Assembly (NCBI GenBank): GCA_002269645.1
Contig: NIVC01004144.1
Coordinates: 1 to 47,539, forward strand
Reading direction: 5' to 3'
Length of the DNA stretch: 47,539 nucleotides
Source: Macrostomum lignano
Taxonomy: Eukaryota
Part shown: piece by piece, positions 35,637-47,539 of the stretch
How the letters are laid out: each line of letters starts with the position of its first letter
Position numbering within the stretch: the stretch's first letter is position 1
Notes under the pieces: model-generated
Told to the model about the DNA's origin: nothing
The model's database searches: none
What the model saw: only the letters and a program-made list of their open reading frames with translations
Program-made: the position numbers and the translations under genes

Positions 35637-35961
35637 TCATCACATCATCATCATCATCATCACAATCATCATCATCATCATCTTCTTCTTCTTCATCATC
35701 ATCATCATCATCATCAGCACTTCATCATCATCATCATCACAATCATCATCATCATCATCTTCTTCTTCTTCATCATCATCATCATCATCATCATCACTTC
35801 ATCATCATCATCATCACAATCATCATCATCATCATCTTCTTCTTCTTCATCATCATCATCATCATCATCACTTCATCATCATCATCATCACAATCATCAT
35901 CATCATCATCTTCTTCTTCTTCATCATCATCATCATCATCATCACTTCATCATCATCATCA
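35637..35961. repeat. Compound (CAT)n/(CTT)n microsatellite with higher-order repetition
   Basis: Blocks of the form (cat)n-cacaat-(cat)n-(ctt)n recur several times. Confidence 0.95.
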
Positions 35962-36226
35962 TCACAATATACTAAATCTCTAAGGTCTGTCTGTCTGTCT
36001 GTCTGTCTGTTTGACCGGTATTCCAGTCCACAGCCTGAATGCCTGAACCGATACTTTTCAAACTTGCTTTATTCAATTGCAAATTCTTGTGAGATTGTGT
36101 GGGTGTAATTGCATTGAAAAATTCGAATGAGAAGTTGGTTAAATATTCGAAAAACGAGTTTTTTTAATGCTATCAATGGGAGGCTAGAAAAGGTCAAAAT
36201 CACAATATAATCATCATCATTCTCAT
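35962..36226 (+). mobile_element. Truncated 5' duplicate of the adjacent Helitron-like element
   Basis: TCacaatatactaaatctctaagg(tctg)n...cctgaaccga starts at both 35962 and 36227. Confidence 0.75.
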
Positions 36227-38781
36227 TCACAATATACTAAATCTCTAAGGTCTGTCTGTCTGACCGGTATTCCAGTCCACAGCCTGAATGCCTGAACCGA
36301 TTTTTTTCAAACTTGCTTTATTCAACTCAAAATTCTTGTGAGATTGTGTGGGTGTAATTGCATTGAAAAATTCGAATGGGAAGTTGGTTAAATATTCGAA
36401 ACGAGTTTTCCCAATGCTTTCAATGGGAGGCTAGAAAAGGTCAAAATCTCACTAACTGAATAGCAATTCCAATTAAGATTGCGCCACAACTTTTCTCTGT
36501 TCACTGTGTACGCCTCAATACTGGCTGCAATAGGGGAGAGTAAAATAATGCTCAGTGGCTGCGTGTGTACATTCTGACCCTGGCTGACTGGCGGACTGCA
36601 TAGACAATTGCTATTAATAGATTTCACTCAACTCTGCATTGGCTCTGCCTGCACAACCTGTGCACACTGAGCAGCCTATCACTGCTATGTATTTGACTGC
36701 AGTGCCGAAGCATATATGGCTGATTTTTTGCGCCCTCCGATCAGTAGGCGGAATAGCCACAGTGTAGGCACTAGGACTAGGTTTAGGCTAGGCATAAGGT
36801 CCAAGGTTCGAGTCCGCCTCCCCAGCGGATAATTAAAATTAAATAAATTCATTCATTAGTAGCTTCTGCCTCGACTATTTTGAACATTTTTAGAATAATT
36901 TTTTGCTACTCGCACAAGCCAGTAAGCAAATTTGATTTGATTTGAAAAATCCAAAGATCCCATTAATTGTTATTATCTAGGTCTATAGAAGTAGATATTA
37001 CTAAACTGCAGATGATGCTGCTAAACTGCTGAGGTATTGCTAAATGCTGAGTGGTGCAAAAGATTGCCGATATGTGTCGAAAATCTATTAGTGAGCCATA
37101 AAATGCTGAGCAAATTTTTAAATCATTGAAAAGATCATTGCAGTTTGCTGAAAATATTGAGGGGCCAGCTGAGAGAACTGCAGACTGCTGAGGGGATAAA
37201 TGAGAATTATTAAGGAAACACTTGCTGACTGCAAATTAATTGACTGCAGACTACTGAGGGGAACTGCAGATTGTTGAAAGGATCATTGCAGACTGCAAAG
37301 GGGACAAACTGCAAACTCCTGACGTCGGTTAGTTTCTCGAGACTTATGAGCGTATAAGCTGCAAACTGCCGAGGGGATAGCTGCAGACTGCTAGGATAAT
37401 AATGGCAGACTTCTGAGGCGGATATCTAACTGTGAATAATTGTAGCTTGCAGAAGGGACAATTCTGGGTCCCTGAGGGATAAATGAATAATATTAATAAA
37501 AGTTGTAGAGTGCAAATGAGTTGTATGACTGCAGTCTGTTTTGCGGAATTAGAAGGGATAATTTCAGGTTGTTGTGGGGATAACTGCCAATTTCTGGGGA
37601 GGGTTTAACTTTAAACTTCTGAGGCGATAATAGTAGTCACCTTTTAGCAGTTTGGGAGTGGTGCTAATCTGGGGAGCGGTGCTAATCTAAGGGAGTGGGG
37701 CTAATATAAAGGAGTGGGGGGCTAATATAAAGGAGTGGGGGGGCTAATCTGGGGGATTGGGGCTAATCTGGGGGATTGGGGCTAATCTGGAGGAAGTAGC
37801 GGTGCGAATTTTTGCGGAGTGGTGCAAATCTGGGAAGGTGAAACTATCTGGGAAGCGGCGGTAATCTGTGGAGCGGTGCTAATCTAGGCTGAGTGCTAAT
37901 CTGGGCTGAGTGCTAATCTGGGCTGAGTGCTAATCTGGGCTGAGTGCTAATCTGGGCAGAGTGCTAATCTAGGCTGAGTGCTAATCTAGGCTGAGTGCTA
38001 TCTTAGGCTGAGTGCTAATCTGGGCTGAGTACTAATCTAGGCTGAGTGCTAATCTGGGCTGAGTGCTAATCTAGGCTGAGTGCTAATCTAGGCTGAGTGC
38101 TAATCTAGGCTGAGTGCTATCTTAGGCTGAGTGCTAATCTGGGCTGAGTGCTAATCTGGGCTGAGTGCTAATCTGGGCTGAGTGCTAATCTGGGCTGAGT
38201 GCTAATCTAGGCTGAGTGCTAATCTGGGCGCAGTGCTAATCTGGGCTGAGTGCTAATCTAGGCTGAGTGCTAATCTGGGCTGAGTGCTAATCTGGGCTGA
38301 GTGCTAATCTGGGCTGAGTGCTAATCTAGGCTGAGTGCTAATCTGGGCGCAGTGCTAATCTGGGCGTAGTGCTAATCTGGGCGCAGTGCTAATCTGGGCG
38401 CAGTGCTAATCTGGGGGAAGTGGGGCTAATCTGGGGGTGTGCGGCTAATATGGGGGGAGTAGTGCTAATCTGGGGGAAGTGGGGCTAATCTGGGGGTGTA
38501 TGGCTAATGTGGGAGAATAGTGCTAATCTGGTGAGGATTTGAAAATAACGAATAATCATAAAATAACTATAAATGAATTGACATTACAAAGTTTCAAACA
38601 TTAGGAAATGTAACATTTTAGAACTTTTTAGTCTCAGTAAAATTGGTGTACAACTGCTTAGAGATTTGCTACTGCAGAACTGCTCAGAGATTAGTGAGAT
38701 TTGCTCAGCGACTGTGCAAAACTGCTTATAGACAAGCGCTAAACTGCTAAGAAGCCACCAGGAGGGGGGCTAAATGGCTAG
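36227..38781 (+). mobile_element. Non-autonomous Helitron-like element A1 with an internal 17-bp satellite
   Basis: 5' end TCacaatatactaa; 3' end gccaccaggaggggggc-taaatggCTAG. Homologous to A2 over ~1.3 kb. Confidence 0.7.
37880..38410. repeat. 17-bp minisatellite (gctgagtgctaatctgg), with degenerate flanks 37660-38530
   Basis: Direct reading of the sequence. Confidence 0.96.
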
Positions 38782-41700
38782 TCACAATATACTAAATCTC
38801 TAAGATCTGACCGGTATTTCAGTCTACAGCCTGAATGCCTGAACCGATTTTCTTCAAACTTGCTTTATTCAATTGCAAATTCTTGTGAGATTGTGTGGTT
38901 GTAATTGCATGGAAAAATTCGAATGGGAAGATGATTAAAAATTCAAAAAACGAGTTTTCCCAATGCTTTTAATGGGAGGCTAGAAAAGTTCAAAATCTCA
39001 CTAACTGAATTTCAATTCCAATTAAGATTGCGGCACAACTTTTCCCTCTTCATTGTGTAGTAGGCCTCAGTACTGGATGCAGTGTGCAAGGGAGAGAAAA
39101 ATGCTCAGTGGCGGCGTGTGTACATTTTGCTCTGGCGGACTGCATAGACAATTGCTATTTAAAGATCTCACTTAATTGTGCATTGGCTCTGCCTGCATAC
39201 AACATGTGCACACTGAACAGCCTATCAATGCTATGTATTTGACTGCAGTGCCAAAGCATATATGGCTGAGTAGCTGCAGTGTAGGCACTAGGACTAGGTT
39301 TAGGCTAGGCGTAAGGTCCAGGGTTCGACTCTGCCTCCTTGGTGGATGATTAAAATTAAATTTATTCATTTATAGCTTTCCCTCAACTAATTGGAATATT
39401 TTTGTTGAATTCGCAAGGCACACTTAATGAATAATTTTTGCCATATACAAAATTATTCAAATTCTCTAAGCAAATTTGATTTGTAAAAAAACTGCTTCGA
39501 GCATTACTTATCGCATCAATGGGTATTGCCTACTAGCTCCAAGAAAGTATGAAATTGCTAAGCTGCTGAATTGGGTGAAAAATGAATTGGCTGAATTGGG
39601 AAAAAAAACTGCCGATATGTATCAAAAATTGATTAGTGAACTGTAATAAATGCTGGGAAAAAATTAAGATTCTTGAAAGGATCCTTTATTTCAGTTTGAT
39701 AAGTATACTGAGGAGCCCGCCGAGAGGAGAACTGCAGACTGCTGAGGGGAACTGCAGATTGGCGAAAGGATCATTCATGCAGACTGCAAAGGGGACAAAC
39801 TGAAAACTGCTTAGGTAGTTCTTCCAGACTTATAAGGCTATAGCTGCAAACTGCTGAGGGGGACTGCTTCGAGGATTGGTAGACTTCTGAGCTGTTGTTT
39901 GCTGAGGGGACAGTTCTAGGCTGCTGAGGAGATAAATGCTTAATAATTGTTATAGACTGCAAGGGGATAACTCCAAGCTGCTAAGTTAATGACTGCAGTC
40001 TGTTTTGTAGGATTAGAAGGGATAATTTCAGGTTGTTGTGGGGATATCTCAGGAATTGCTAAGATGTACTGGCTCTTTGGGGCAATTTCTGAGATTTTAA
40101 GGCCCTTGGAGCATTGCTGATATGCCATGTCTTACTGGAAGAATTGCTTGAATTGAGGTTTCAAAGACTTATGAGGGGAAGTGTTGAGATTACAAAGCTG
40201 AAGGGGGGGAAATGCTGCGATTGCTTTCTTTTGGGGGATGCTTGCTATTTAGGAATTTAAAATGCGTATTTGTGCCAAGACTGCCGATATGTATCGAAAA
40301 GTAGTGAACCGATTAGATAATCGTACTAAATTGTTAGCAAATTTTTTTTGTAGAAAATATCATTGCAGTTTGCTAAGCAGGAGACTGAGAAGCTGGCCAA
40401 CAGGAGAACTGCAGATTGTCAAAAGGATCATTCATGCAGACTGCAAAGGGGACAAACTGCAAACTGCTAAGGTAGTTCCTCCAGACATTTCGATCATATC
40501 GTCTGAACGATCATATCATAGATGTAAAGATGTGAGATGTGCAGACGGAGTTCCTCCAGACCATATTCAGAAGCAATGATATGATCTTTGCTCCAGACTT
40601 ATGAGCGTATGGCTGCAAACTGCTGAGGTGGTAATTGTGGACTACTGTGGACTGCTGAGTAAATTATTGTTTGCTGTTGGGACAACTCTAGGCCGCTAGA
40701 ATGACTGCAGTCTGTTTTTTGGGATTGGAAGGGATAATTTCAGGTTCTTGTGGAGACATCTCAGGAATTACTGAGATGTCAAGGCTTACTGGTTGAATTG
40801 CTGAGATGTCATGGCTGTTTGGGGTAATTTCTGAAAATTTCAAGGCTCATGGGAATTTCTGAGATGTCAAGGCTTACTAAGGAAATTCTTGAGATGTTAA
40901 GATGTCAAGGCTTATTGAGAGAATTACTGAGATGTCAAGGCTTATTGGGGGAATTTCTGAATGGCAAGGCTTATTGGTAGAATTGCTGAGATTTGATGGC
41001 TTTTTGGGGTAATTTCTGAGACTTCAAGGCTCACGGAGAATTGCTCAGATGTCAAGGCTTACTGGGGGAATTACTGAGATTTCAAGGCTTACTGGAGGAA
41101 TTTCCGAGATGTCAAGGCTTACTGGCCTAGGAGAATTGCGTAGATGTCAAGGCTCAAGTTTAATTGCTGATGTCGATGCTTACTGAGGGAATTTCTCAGA
41201 TGTCAAGGCTCGTGGGGGATGGCTGAATTGTTGAGATATCAAGGCTCATTGGGGAGTGGCTGAATTTTTGGGGGGAGGGGGTTAGGTTGTTGAGCGATTG
41301 TCAGATCGTCAAGTAGTACGGCTCAAGTGGATCATTTAATTTGATGATGGAATAGTACACAAAAATAATGCCCATTTCTGCTAATAGGAAATAAAGAAAA
41401 TCAGAGATTGGCATATTGAGCTCCTGCTGCAGACCAGAATATGCCCAAGCCAATGAAGATATGCACTAAGAGTTTGTGCTTAAAAGGATAAGCACTATTT
41501 GCTGATTGAAAAAGGGTTTTAGGCTGATGAAGGAAATATTTTAGGCTGGTGAAAGTCTTGATTCATTGCAATTTATTTTTGCCAGTAAGCGAAAAAGTAA
41601 CTTTTGATTAATGGAAATTGAAATTAATGGTTATTCTTGGGTCAAAATAAAAACCACTTGGTGTCAATTTTAAGGCCCCCAGCGGGGGCTAAATGGCTAG
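38782..41700 (+). mobile_element. Non-autonomous Helitron-like element A2 with an internal duplication and degenerate ~30-bp repeats
   Basis: Starts TCacaatatactaa immediately after the CTAG of A1. Ends with hairpin gccccc-agc-gggggc then taaatggCTAG. The tgccgatatgtatc block is duplicated at ~39610 and ~40281. Confidence 0.75.
40755..41245. repeat. Degenerate ~30-bp repeats (gagatgtcaaggcttactggggaatt-like)
   Basis: gatgtcaaggct recurs many times. Confidence 0.85.
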
Positions 41701-42177
41701 TCTATATACTAATTTTGCGCTGTATTCGTGCGTGCGTGCGTGTAATTGATTTTTTCGAGAATGGCTCAACCGATTGTCTTCAAACTTGCACCATTCGATC
41801 AGAAATTTTCCTGGGATGGTGCATCATGCATCTTGGCTAAGAAAGTGATCAATATTAAAGGGATTAAATATTCGAAAAACAGGATTTTCTGCAAAGGTCA
41901 AGCAGCTCTTTCGACCTGAAATGCATTGTAAGAATGCTAGAGAAAAACCTGACTGACTGAATTTCAATTCTGATAAAGATTGCATCACAGCAAGTTGAAA
42001 ACAGTGCCAAAGAAATGCACACACGACTTGATTTAAATTGCGTAACCGTAATGCTAACTTAAATTGAGACTGATATTGGCTGACTGAGAAATTGATTATG
42101 TCATAACTTTTTACTCTAACCGATTTGCCATAAGAATTGAATTATAAGGGCCACAATTCATGTTCTCCAATCGACAA

Positions 42178-42244
42178 GAGATAGCCTAGATGCGAACAGA
42201 CTGGACTGCTAATTCAGCGACCTGGGTTCGAATCTTAGTAGTGC
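42178..42244 (+). other. tRNA-derived remnant (Ser-GCT-like anticodon arm and T-loop/B box); not a functional tRNA
   Basis: ctgga-ctGCTaa-ttcag stem-loop, GGTTCGAATC and an A-box-like tagcctagatg. No intact acceptor stem seen. Confidence 0.5.
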
Positions 42245-42317
42245 AAAATAATTTTTCATTAAAACATCTTAAAAAATAAATGTTAAACATAAAAGAAGCA
42301 CAATGTCAAACAAAAAT

Positions 42318-42470
42318 GGCACCATTTCAAACATTAAAGGCCACCATGTCAAACATATATGTGACTCCATGTCTAACGTTAAAGAGCCACCATGTCAAAC
42401 AATAAAGAGCCACCATGTCGAACATAAAAGAGCCACCATGTCAAACACAAAACAGCTACCATGTCAAACA
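42318..42470. repeat. ~22-bp degenerate repeats (aaagagccaccatgtcaaacat)
   Basis: Direct reading of the sequence. Confidence 0.85.
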
Positions 42471-42474
42471 TAAA

Positions 42475-43605
42475 TGGGGTGCCTACTATCTTGGAGTGCT
42501 TGCTATCTGGAGATGCGTGCTATCTGGGGGTGCTTGCTATCTAAGGGTGCTTGCTATTAGGTGGATGCTTGCTATTAGGTGGATGCTTGCTATCTAGGGT
42601 GCCTGCTATGTTGGAGTGCTTGCTATCTGGAGATGCGTGCTATCTGGGGGTGCTTGCTATCTGGAGATGCGTGCTATCTGGGGGTGCTTGCTATCTGGGG
42701 GTGCTTGCTATTAGGTGGATGCTCGCTATCTGGGGGTGCTTGCTATTAGGTGGATGCTTGCTATCTGGAGATGCGTGCTATCTTGGAGTGATTGCTATCT
42801 GGGGGTGCTTGCTATCTGGGGGTGCTTGCTATCTAAGGGTGCTTGCTATCTAAGGGTGCTTGCTATTAGGTGGAAGCTTGCTATCTTGGGGTGCTTGCTA
42901 TTAGGTGGATGCTTGCTATCTGGGGTGCCTGCTATGTTGGAGTGCTTGCTATCTTGAGATGCGTGCTATCTGGGGGTGCTTGCTATCTCGGGGGGATGCT
43001 TGCTATCTTGGGGGTTCTAGCTATCTGGGGGTGCTTGCTATTAGGTGGATGCTTGCTATCTGGGGTGCCTGCTATCTTGGAGTGCTTGCTATCTGAAGAT
43101 GCGTGCTATCTGGGGGTGCTTGCTATCTGGGGGTGCTTGCTATCTGGGGGTGCTTGCTATCTAAGGGTGCTTGCTATTAGGTGGATGCTTGCTATCTGGG
43201 GTGCCTGCTATCTGGGGGTGCTTGCTACCTGGGGATGCTTGCTATCTAAGGGTGCTTGCTATCTTGGGGTGCTTGCTTTCTAAGGGTGCTTGCTATTAAG
43301 TGGATGCTTGTTATCTTGGGGTGCTTGCTATTAGGTGGATGCTTGCTATCTGGGGTGCCTGCTATCTGGGGGGTGCTTGCTATCTGGAGATGCTTGCTAT
43401 CTAAGGGTGCTTGCTATTAGGTGGATGCTTGCTATCTTGGGGTGCTTGCTTTCTAAGGGTGCTTGCTATTAAGTGGATGCTTGTTATCTTGGGGTGCTTG
43501 CTATTAGGTGGATGCTTGCTATCTGGGGTGCCTGCTATCTGGGGGTGCTTGCTATCTGGAGATGCTTGCTATCTGGGGGTGCTTGCTATCTGGGGGGTTG
43601 CTTGC
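42475..43605. repeat. 15-16-bp minisatellite (ggggtgcttgctatct variants with higher-order order)
   Basis: Direct reading of the sequence. Confidence 0.96.
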
Positions 43606-43789
43606 TGTCCTGGGATGTTTTCTTTTTGCATTGCACTTCATTTGAGCAGTTTTTCTATTGTCTATGTGAAGGCTTTATTTGGCCGTCTTTTTGATACTTG
43701 TAGAGAGCCAGAGATTCTATCTAGATGCCCCCCATCGGGGGGCGAAGATTGCTAGTGTTTTCTAAAACAAAACGCTTTCCGCAGGGGAA

Positions 43790-44056
43790 TGGGTAGAGTG
43801 AGGTGAGGAGGTGAGGGAGTGGGGTAAAGTGAGGAGAAGGAGTGGGGTAGAGTGAGAAGAGGGAGTGGGTAGAGTGAGGAGAGGGGTGGGGTAGAGTGAG
43901 GAGAGGGAGTGGGGTAGAGTGAGAAGAGGGAGTGGGGTAGAGTGAGGAGAGGGAGTGGGTAGAGTAAGAAGAGGGAGTGGGGTAGAGTGAGGAGAGGGAG
44001 TGGGGTAGAGTGAGGAGAGGGAGTGGGGTAGAGTGAGGATAGGGAGTGGGGTAGAG
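43790..44056. repeat. ~23-bp purine-rich minisatellite (gggagtggggtagagtgaggaga)
   Basis: Direct reading of the sequence. Confidence 0.95.
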
Positions 44057-44956
44057 TTTGCAAACAATATTCCTAACAAAAAACATAACGATCCTACCTA
44101 CATCGCCGAAGAGGTTTACATTATGCTGGTCTGGACCCCTTCTCTTCGGTGGAAAAAATCAGAAGTAAAAATGCATTTACACACGGGATTTAAAAGAAAG
44201 GGCAATCTAACAAACAGTCGGAATCATGTAAATAAATTAAACTAAAAAGTCAGGCTCATCTGGATGGAATGGTAAGAGATGAGCTCTCCCAGCGAAACAA
44301 GTCCACGTGTCACGACTCACCAGCCCTCCCCCATTGTGAAACTTAAAATAAAAACGCAGTAAATCAAGGCTGGTCAAGACTTGAGTTATTTAAATCAACA
44401 CAGAAGAGCCAAAACTTTGCCATATATTTGTCCTTCTACAGTTGCCAACAAACCCTCCTCCTTTCTCATCCGGGTTTTTGTAAAGACTTCACTTTAAGTG
44501 GATGAACGACCCTTTGCGAGAACACGCTAAACGACACAATATACATTTTCAGTCGATGCCGAAGTGTGCACGTAACGATTGTGCAATGGATTAGGGGACT
44601 GCAAGTCAACGCAAGTTGCAAAGTGATAGAAGCGCACCCATGACAAGTCAGTTGAGGGGGGGAAACTAAGCCATAACACGAGGTGCATAGAGTACATTAC
44701 ACACGCAACCCCACCCGCAGCGCACAAGCCAAGTCACCACAATTTTTACCTCTTATTTCACAGTATATGAATTCACTATCAATGAAAAGGAACGGAAGAG
44801 GTAATCGTCAAGAAGAAACTAACCTCTATCGCTGTACTATAGAGTGTCGTAGTCGTATCCAAATCCGAGTCCAAATCCTCATCGGCCATACTAAATCTGA
44901 AGAGATAAGTGAGATAAATTCCCGTATTCATCGATACATCGGTCATCGCGAAATCG

Positions 44957-45088
44957 ACCCTCCCTCCTACCCTCCACCCCTCCCTCCTACCCTCCACCCC
45001 TCCCTCTTACCCTCCACCCCTCCCTCCTACCCTCCACCCCTCTCTCCTTCCCTCCACCCCTCTCTCCTTCCCTCCACCCCTCCCTCCT
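44957..45088. repeat. C-rich pyrimidine repeat (ccctccctcctaccctccacc)
   Basis: Direct reading of the sequence. Confidence 0.93.
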
Positions 45089-45325
45089 TCCGGACGGTCC
45101 GGACGGTCATTGAGTTTTAAGTTTCGGTACGTCCGCTCAAGTACCTCTTACAACTGCCTGTCATAGGCCTTGGCTGTAAACCCATGGATGTATAGGGCAT
45201 AGGGCAAGTGCCATTTTCCTAGCGCACGGTGTATGTTCTTGAGCCCTTTCGGAGTCTATTAACTTTCAGGCGGTGCATCGTTGCGAAGCTGGGACACAAT
45301 CTTTTTGGATCAACCGCGGCCGCCT

Positions 45326-45675
45326 CTACTCCACCCATTCGGCGTGAAATTGGGTGGTCGGGCAGGCAGTGACGTGAGGTGCGCCCCGCAGGTAGGGCCC
45401 GAACTTTATAGAGATGTCGGGGCCCTGGACGACAACGTCTACCTTAGTAATGTATTTTCGTTTGGCATAGGGCTTGCACTTTTGTTTGACCTCTAATTCA
45501 GCCTCCTCCTCTTCCGAATCACTCCCGCTGGCCTCTTCTGAATCCGCGTCTGCCTGCTCTTCGGAGGCCTGGTTGTCCGTTTCGGGTTCGTAGTCCGCAT
45601 CAAGATCCACATCGTCCATTTCGTGGTCCTCCGACGAATCAGAGTCAGGAGGTACAACAGCCTTGCGCTTGGTGC
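45326..45675 (-). CDS. Putative internal exon encoding an acidic tract flanked by basic patches; product unknown
   Basis: Strong acceptor ttttttcttccttccaattcattgcAG in phase 1, in frame with GTKRKAVVPPDSDSSEDHEMDDVDLDADYEPE...KRKY. ORF 45781-46026 may be the upstream exon, but I could not make the phases match. Confidence 0.45.
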
Positions 45676-46343
45676 CTGCAATGAATTGGAAGGAAGAAAA
45701 AAGTCTATATATGAATGTAGTGGACTAACAGGGCTTACTAGGGTCAATAAAGTGAGCAGAACAATCTACTTATGCCCATGTTAAACCATAAGTTGCAGCA
45801 TCTTGTGAAGCCGGGCCAGCTTATACCGGCCTTCTTCAGTGTTTGGGTAAAGGGCCTCAAAAGCCGTTTTGAAGGCCTCATTACCGGACAGCAACGTGGA
45901 GAGCACGGGCGTGTAAACACTGAGGCACGTAGGCACTAATTTAATCAATTTCCAGCATTTATCCACAAAATAATTGTGTGTTGTGCCTACTATTTCAAAG
46001 ATTGAAGTTTCGGTACGTGCGCTCATTTATCGGGATGTCTGGATTGCTGCGTTGATTTCTGTCAGAATTGCTGCGTGGATTGCTGTCTCTGCATTGTTGC
46101 GTTGAAGTTTGCCTTAGTTGCTGCTGGGTATATTACTGCCTGGATTGCTGTCTAATTGCTGCGTCAATCCGTGCCTCAATTGCTTCTTTATTAATCTAAT
46201 ACACTGACCAAAACGGGCTCTCTAAATCTTATACTTATACCAGTAAAAACGAAAATCGAAAACGAAAAATTTAAGAGGTCAATTTTCCAAGGAATTTAGA
46301 GGGTCAAAATTTCCAAGAAAAATCAGTCTAGATTTTTCATTAT

Positions 46344-46765
46344 CCGGACTCAGTAGCTGGGGCTGATGGCTGCCGGACTCAGTAGCTGGGGCTGATGGCT
46401 GCCGGACTCAGTAGCTGGGGCTGATGGCTGCCGGACTCAGTAGCTGGGGCTGATGGCTGCCGGACTCAGTAGCTGGGGCTGATGGCTGCCGGACTCAGTA
46501 GCTGGGCTGATGGCTGCCGGACTCAGTAGCTGGGGCTGATGGCTGCCGGACTCAGTAGCTGGGGCTGATGGCTGCCGGACTCAGTAGCTGGGGCTGATGG
46601 CTGCCGGACTCAGTAGCTGGGGCTGATGACTGCCGGATTCAGTAGCTGGGGCTGATGGCTGCCGGACTCAGTAGCTGAGGCTGATGGCTGCCGGACTCAG
46701 TAGCTGGGGCTGATGGCTGCCGGACTCAGTAGCTGGGGCTGATGCACCGCCGCCGGACTCAGTAG
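46344..46765. repeat. 29-bp minisatellite (ccggactcagtagctggggctgatggctg), ~14 copies
   Basis: Period is 29 (46344, 46373, ...). Confidence 0.97.
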
Positions 46766-47539
46766 ATAGTGATCGTTTTTCTAGTGTTCAATTGTAACAA
46801 TGAAATAGTATTTTATATTAGCACATATAATGTTTCCTGGCCAAATACTACCTTTATAATAAGAGTTGCGTTCCTCGGGATTTATTCAACATAGTGTTAA
46901 AGATGACATAGAATTGAACCTGTGTTGAAACGAAAAACGAAAATTAATTAATGACCCAGTCTTGGAACTTTTGTTCTACACTATTTCAAACCTTTAAAAC
47001 CCTCTATAGTTATCCATGAATAACAATTGTTGATTTTATTCACGAAATCGAAATCTGAATGCGTTTTCCTTAAGTCATGGCGATTTGATTTACACATGTG
47101 CATTTTGGAAAGTTAAAGCTCAGATTTTGGTGAGCATAAAAAATTAAAAATTGTACTTCTGCCGCGAGACCGCTCTGAACGACTGGAAATGAAGTGAATA
47201 AGCACTGTACGAAGTACCGCAGTTGAACTCATTATATTAAGGCTAAAAATGGGATTCTTCAAATTTCACCGTCACACATAATTGACCGGCATAAATAAGG
47301 GGTCAATCTTTGACCCGGTGATTCTCGAAGTTGAAGCCATTGTAGTAATGCAGAAAATGGGCTGTTCGGATTTGACCCGTCGCAAAATTAACTGGCATAA
47401 TTAATGCGCGAAATATTGAAACAGTAAAATGTGCTTTATATTTCATAATATTTCACAGTTTGAGAAGGATTCAATTCCCAGAATGTTAGTGTATATACAG
47501 TTAAAATAACAAACGAACATGAAGCTTTTCCAAATGAGT

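Larger units (their letters stand above)
41701..43755 (+). mobile_element. Non-autonomous Helitron-like element B with internal satellites
   Basis: 5' end TCtatatactaa..(gcgt)n..ctcaaccgatt..caaacttg. 3' hairpin gcccccc-atc-ggggggc at 43727-43743, then gaagattgCTAG/T. Confidence 0.75.

Noticed and set aside
35504-35983. His/Ile/Ser-rich ORFs
   Set aside because: These are translations of a (CAT)n microsatellite with no other coding support.
42178-42244. Functional tRNA-Ser gene
   Set aside because: There is no acceptor stem or long variable arm, and it is embedded in a transposon.
42551-43755. Cys/Leu/Gly-rich repeat ORFs
   Set aside because: They are artefacts of the 15-16-bp satellite; unit lengths break frames.
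46344-46765. 29-bp arrays (also 34745-35037) as CRISPR arrays
   Set aside because: They have CRISPR-like unit length but no spacers; these are plain minisatellites.
47290-47385. piggyBac-like subterminal motifs (ggggtcaatctttgacccgg)
   Set aside because: No TTAA-bounded TIR pair or transposase is visible within the window.

Overview
This is eukaryotic, probably invertebrate-animal, genomic DNA dominated by repeats; I cannot identify the species. There is no rRNA, CRISPR array or prokaryotic operon. Recognisable mobile elements are: a 5'-truncated RT/RNase H non-LTR retrotransposon (5.6-7.1 kb), an RTE-like RT remnant (15.8-16.2 kb), a near-intact DD34D mariner (16.3-17.7 kb), two MITE-like foldbacks, a short non-autonomous Helitron (15.2-15.6 kb), and a head-to-tail train of Helitron-like elements carrying internal satellites (36.0-43.8 kb). 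Between the repeats lies a set of minus-strand spliced genes or pseudogenes whose GT-AG junctions I could join in frame by hand. These are a five-fold PLDLS (CtBP-motif) gene disrupted by the retrotransposon, a C2H2-finger gene with a nonsense codon, a ~650-bp tandem array whose unit is an exon plus intron (symmetric phase-1 exon), an intron-containing tyrosine-recombinase-like pseudogene, and two paralogous helix/Pro-rich/basic genes. My working hypothesis, which is inference only, is that they are the decaying cargo of one large tyrosine-recombinase-type element. All protein-family calls rest on motif recognition by eye, not on database searches.
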